Assembly (NCBI GenBank): GCA_029262375.1
Contig: JAJCZM010000008.1
Span: 129,291-193,290 of the forward strand
Source of the DNA: Deltaproteobacteria bacterium
GTDB lineage: Bacteria > Desulfobacterota > Binatia > UBA1149 > SPBQ01
Length of the DNA stretch: 64,000 nucleotides
Reading direction: 5' to 3'
Of the stretch, positions 62,654-64,000 are shown one piece after another; position 1 is the stretch's first letter; every line of letters begins with the position of its first letter. The notes below the pieces were generated by a model that made no database searches, had not been told where the DNA came from, and worked only from the letters and a program-made list of their open reading frames with translations. The position numbers and the translations under genes are program-made.

Positions 62654-64000
62654 ATCTTCCGGAACGAATCTGAAATCCCTTTGGGAACAAACAGTTGCGC
62701 CGCTACGAGAGCGTCTCGACTCGACCGACTACACAACCTGGATCGAGCCCATGAAACCCCTGGCAGCCGACGATCGTAGCGTAGAGATCGCGGTTCCCAA
62801 TCGCATGTTCGCAGCCTGGGTCGAAGAGAACTTCCTCGACGAATTGTCAGACTCGTGGGTTCGCGCCAGCGGCCGAAACAGTCGATTCCATTTCAGCTGG
62901 GGCGATGTCGCGCCGCAGGGGGAACTGTTCGGACGACCCGCGCCCGCCGCCGATAGCGGTCACGAAACGGCCGAAAAGCTGGCGCAGGAGCTCAAGCAGT
63001 CTCGGCGGCGCACCACCGGTCTGATCGAGCGCTACGATTTCACGAGCTTCGTCGTCGGGCCGAATAACCAGTTCGCACGCGCGGCAGCAATGGCGGTCAG
63101 CGGCCAACCCGGGACCCTCTACAATCCGTTCTTCGTTTTCGGCGGAGTCGGTCTCGGCAAGACCCATCTGGCAAACGCGATCGGCCACTCGGTATTGGCG
63201 GAAAATCCGTCGGCACGGGTGCTGTTCATGAGCGCCGACGCTTTCACGAATCGCCTGATCGACGCCATCAGCCACAACAAGGTCCAGGAATTCAAGAATC
63301 GGATCCGACGCGTCGATGTATTGATCATCGACGACGTTCAGTTTCTGGCGGGCCGGGAACGAACGCAGCAGGAATTCTTCCATATCTTCAACGCGCTGTA
63401 TGAACGCGGCAGCCAGATCATCCTGACTTCGGATAAGTACCCGAACGAGATGCAGGGCGTTGAGGAACGCCTCTGTAATCGCTTCGGGTCGGGCCTGGTG
63501 GCCGATATCCAGCCACCTGATGCAGAGACCCGCGTGGCGATTCTCGAGCGCAAGGCGAAGGAAGAGAGAATCCACCTCCCTCTGGACGTCGCCACGCATA
63601 TAGCGGAGCGTTTCGACTCCAACATCAGGGACTTGGAAGGAGCGCTGACCCGGCTCAGTGCTTGGGCATCTTTGAATCGCTGCGAGATCACCCTGGATCT
63701 GGCAGCAAACCTGCTCGGCGAAACCGCACCGAGCGAGCGTCGCCCGCCTACTTTCGATGAGATAGAGGCCCGCCTGACGACGTATTTCGGACTCAAGCCG
63801 GGTGACCTCAAGGCTCGGAGACGAACACGCAAGATCTCCGACGCTCGCCAGGTTGCCATGTTCCTCATGCGCTCGCTTGCAGGCGCCTCGTTCCCCGCCA
63901 TCGGGGAGCACCTGGGTGGGCGCGATCACTCGACCGTGGTTCACGGCTGCGGAGCCGTGCGCAAACGGTGCGAAAAGGACGCGCGCTTTCGTGCGGTAGT
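62646..64000 (+). CDS. dnaA: Chromosomal replication initiator protein DnaA (3' end outside window)
   Basis: The frame is open from GTG 62646 (GGAG 7 nt upstream) to the window end. It is not in the ORF track because no stop lies in the window. My own translation shows FVVGPNNQFA, Walker A GGVGLGKTHL, IIDDVQFL, sensor SNIRDLEGAL and the C-terminal DNA-binding region ARQVAMFL...GGRDHSTV. Confidence 0.9.
   Translation, partial: MDKSSGTNLKSLWEQTVAPLRERLDSTDYTTWIEPMKPLAADDRSVEIAVPNRMFAAWVEENFLDELSDSWVRASGRNSRFHFSWGDVAPQGELFGRPAPAADSGHETAEKLAQELKQSRRRTTGLIERYDFTSFVVGPNNQFARAAAMAVSGQPGTLYNPFFVFGGVGLGKTHLANAIGHSVLAENPSARVLFMSADAFTNRLIDAISHNKVQEFKNRIRRVDVLIIDDVQFLAGRERTQQEFFHIFNALYERGSQIILTSDKYPNEMQGVEERLCNRFGSGLVADIQPPDAETRVAILERKAKEERIHLPLDVATHIAERFDSNIRDLEGALTRLSAWASLNRCEITLDLAANLLGETAPSERRPPTFDEIEARLTTYFGLKPGDLKARRRTRKISDARQVAMFLMRSLAGASFPAIGEHLGGRDHSTVVHGCGAVRKRCEKDARFRAV

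Noticed and set aside
62847-63944. 365-aa minus-strand ORF (and the nested 187-aa ORF at 63338-63901)
   Set aside because: It is fully antisense to the unmistakable dnaA reading frame (Walker A, sensor and DNA-binding motifs on the plus strand). Long antisense ORFs are expected in GC-rich DNA, and it has no recognisable motif.
1-64000. Search by eye for CRISPR arrays, tRNA/rRNA genes, transposases, integrases, phage or defence-system genes
   Set aside because: I found no regularly spaced direct repeats, no tRNA-like T-arm/acceptor signatures, and no DDE, tyrosine-recombinase, nuclease-helicase or toxin-antitoxin-like ORFs. The window appears to be core chromosome. A computational scan (tRNAscan, Infernal, CRISPR finders, DefenseFinder) would be needed for certainty.

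Overview
GC-rich bacterial chromosomal segment with strong GC3 codon bias and many ATGA/GTGA translationally coupled gene junctions. It ends in the 5' part of dnaA, so it lies next to the replication-origin region. I support about 55 protein-coding genes. I saw no rRNA, tRNA, CRISPR array, transposase or integrase. Layout: (1) 1-18.7 kb is an envelope glycan-modification cluster with four large GT-C-like membrane proteins, three GT2 polyprenyl-phosphate sugar synthases, two SDR sugar epimerases/dehydratases, two SAM methyltransferases, a sulfotransferase, an alkaline-phosphatase-family lipoprotein and a flippase-like protein. (2) 18.8-23.1 kb holds an amidohydrolase, phosphatidylcholine synthase, hydrolase, LOG and SDR genes. 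(3) 23.2-26 kb holds a porin-like OMP and mltA. (4) 26.2-31.5 kb holds a class V aminotransferase and glcDEF. (5) 32.5-36.6 kb holds tonB-exbD-exbB, divergent from an FMN_bind / 4-TM / ApbE flavinylation module, with a Fur-box-like site between them. (6) 37.4-43.5 kb holds a LOG/PpnN-like gene, a TauD-like gene, a DUF1501 gene and a dockerin/CxxCH protein. (7) 43.7-48.9 kb is a glpD / alkyl-DHAP-synthase-like / glpK / HAD operon. (8) 49.1-59.2 kb holds a MerR regulator, an orphan gene, acyl-CoA dehydrogenase, ADH, two CorC/CNNM paralogs, DUF1329, a hydrolase and pyrE. (9) 59.3-64 kb holds hemL-atpZ-atpI-atpB-atpE and dnaA. The most interesting candidates are the multi-paralog GT-C plus sulfotransferase cluster, the putatively iron-regulated TonB plus extracytoplasmic flavinylation module (linked by a shared AT-rich motif to the porin gene), and the glycerol/ether-lipid operon. 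All functional calls rest on motifs recognised by eye from memory; no database search was run. Start codons are often uncertain.
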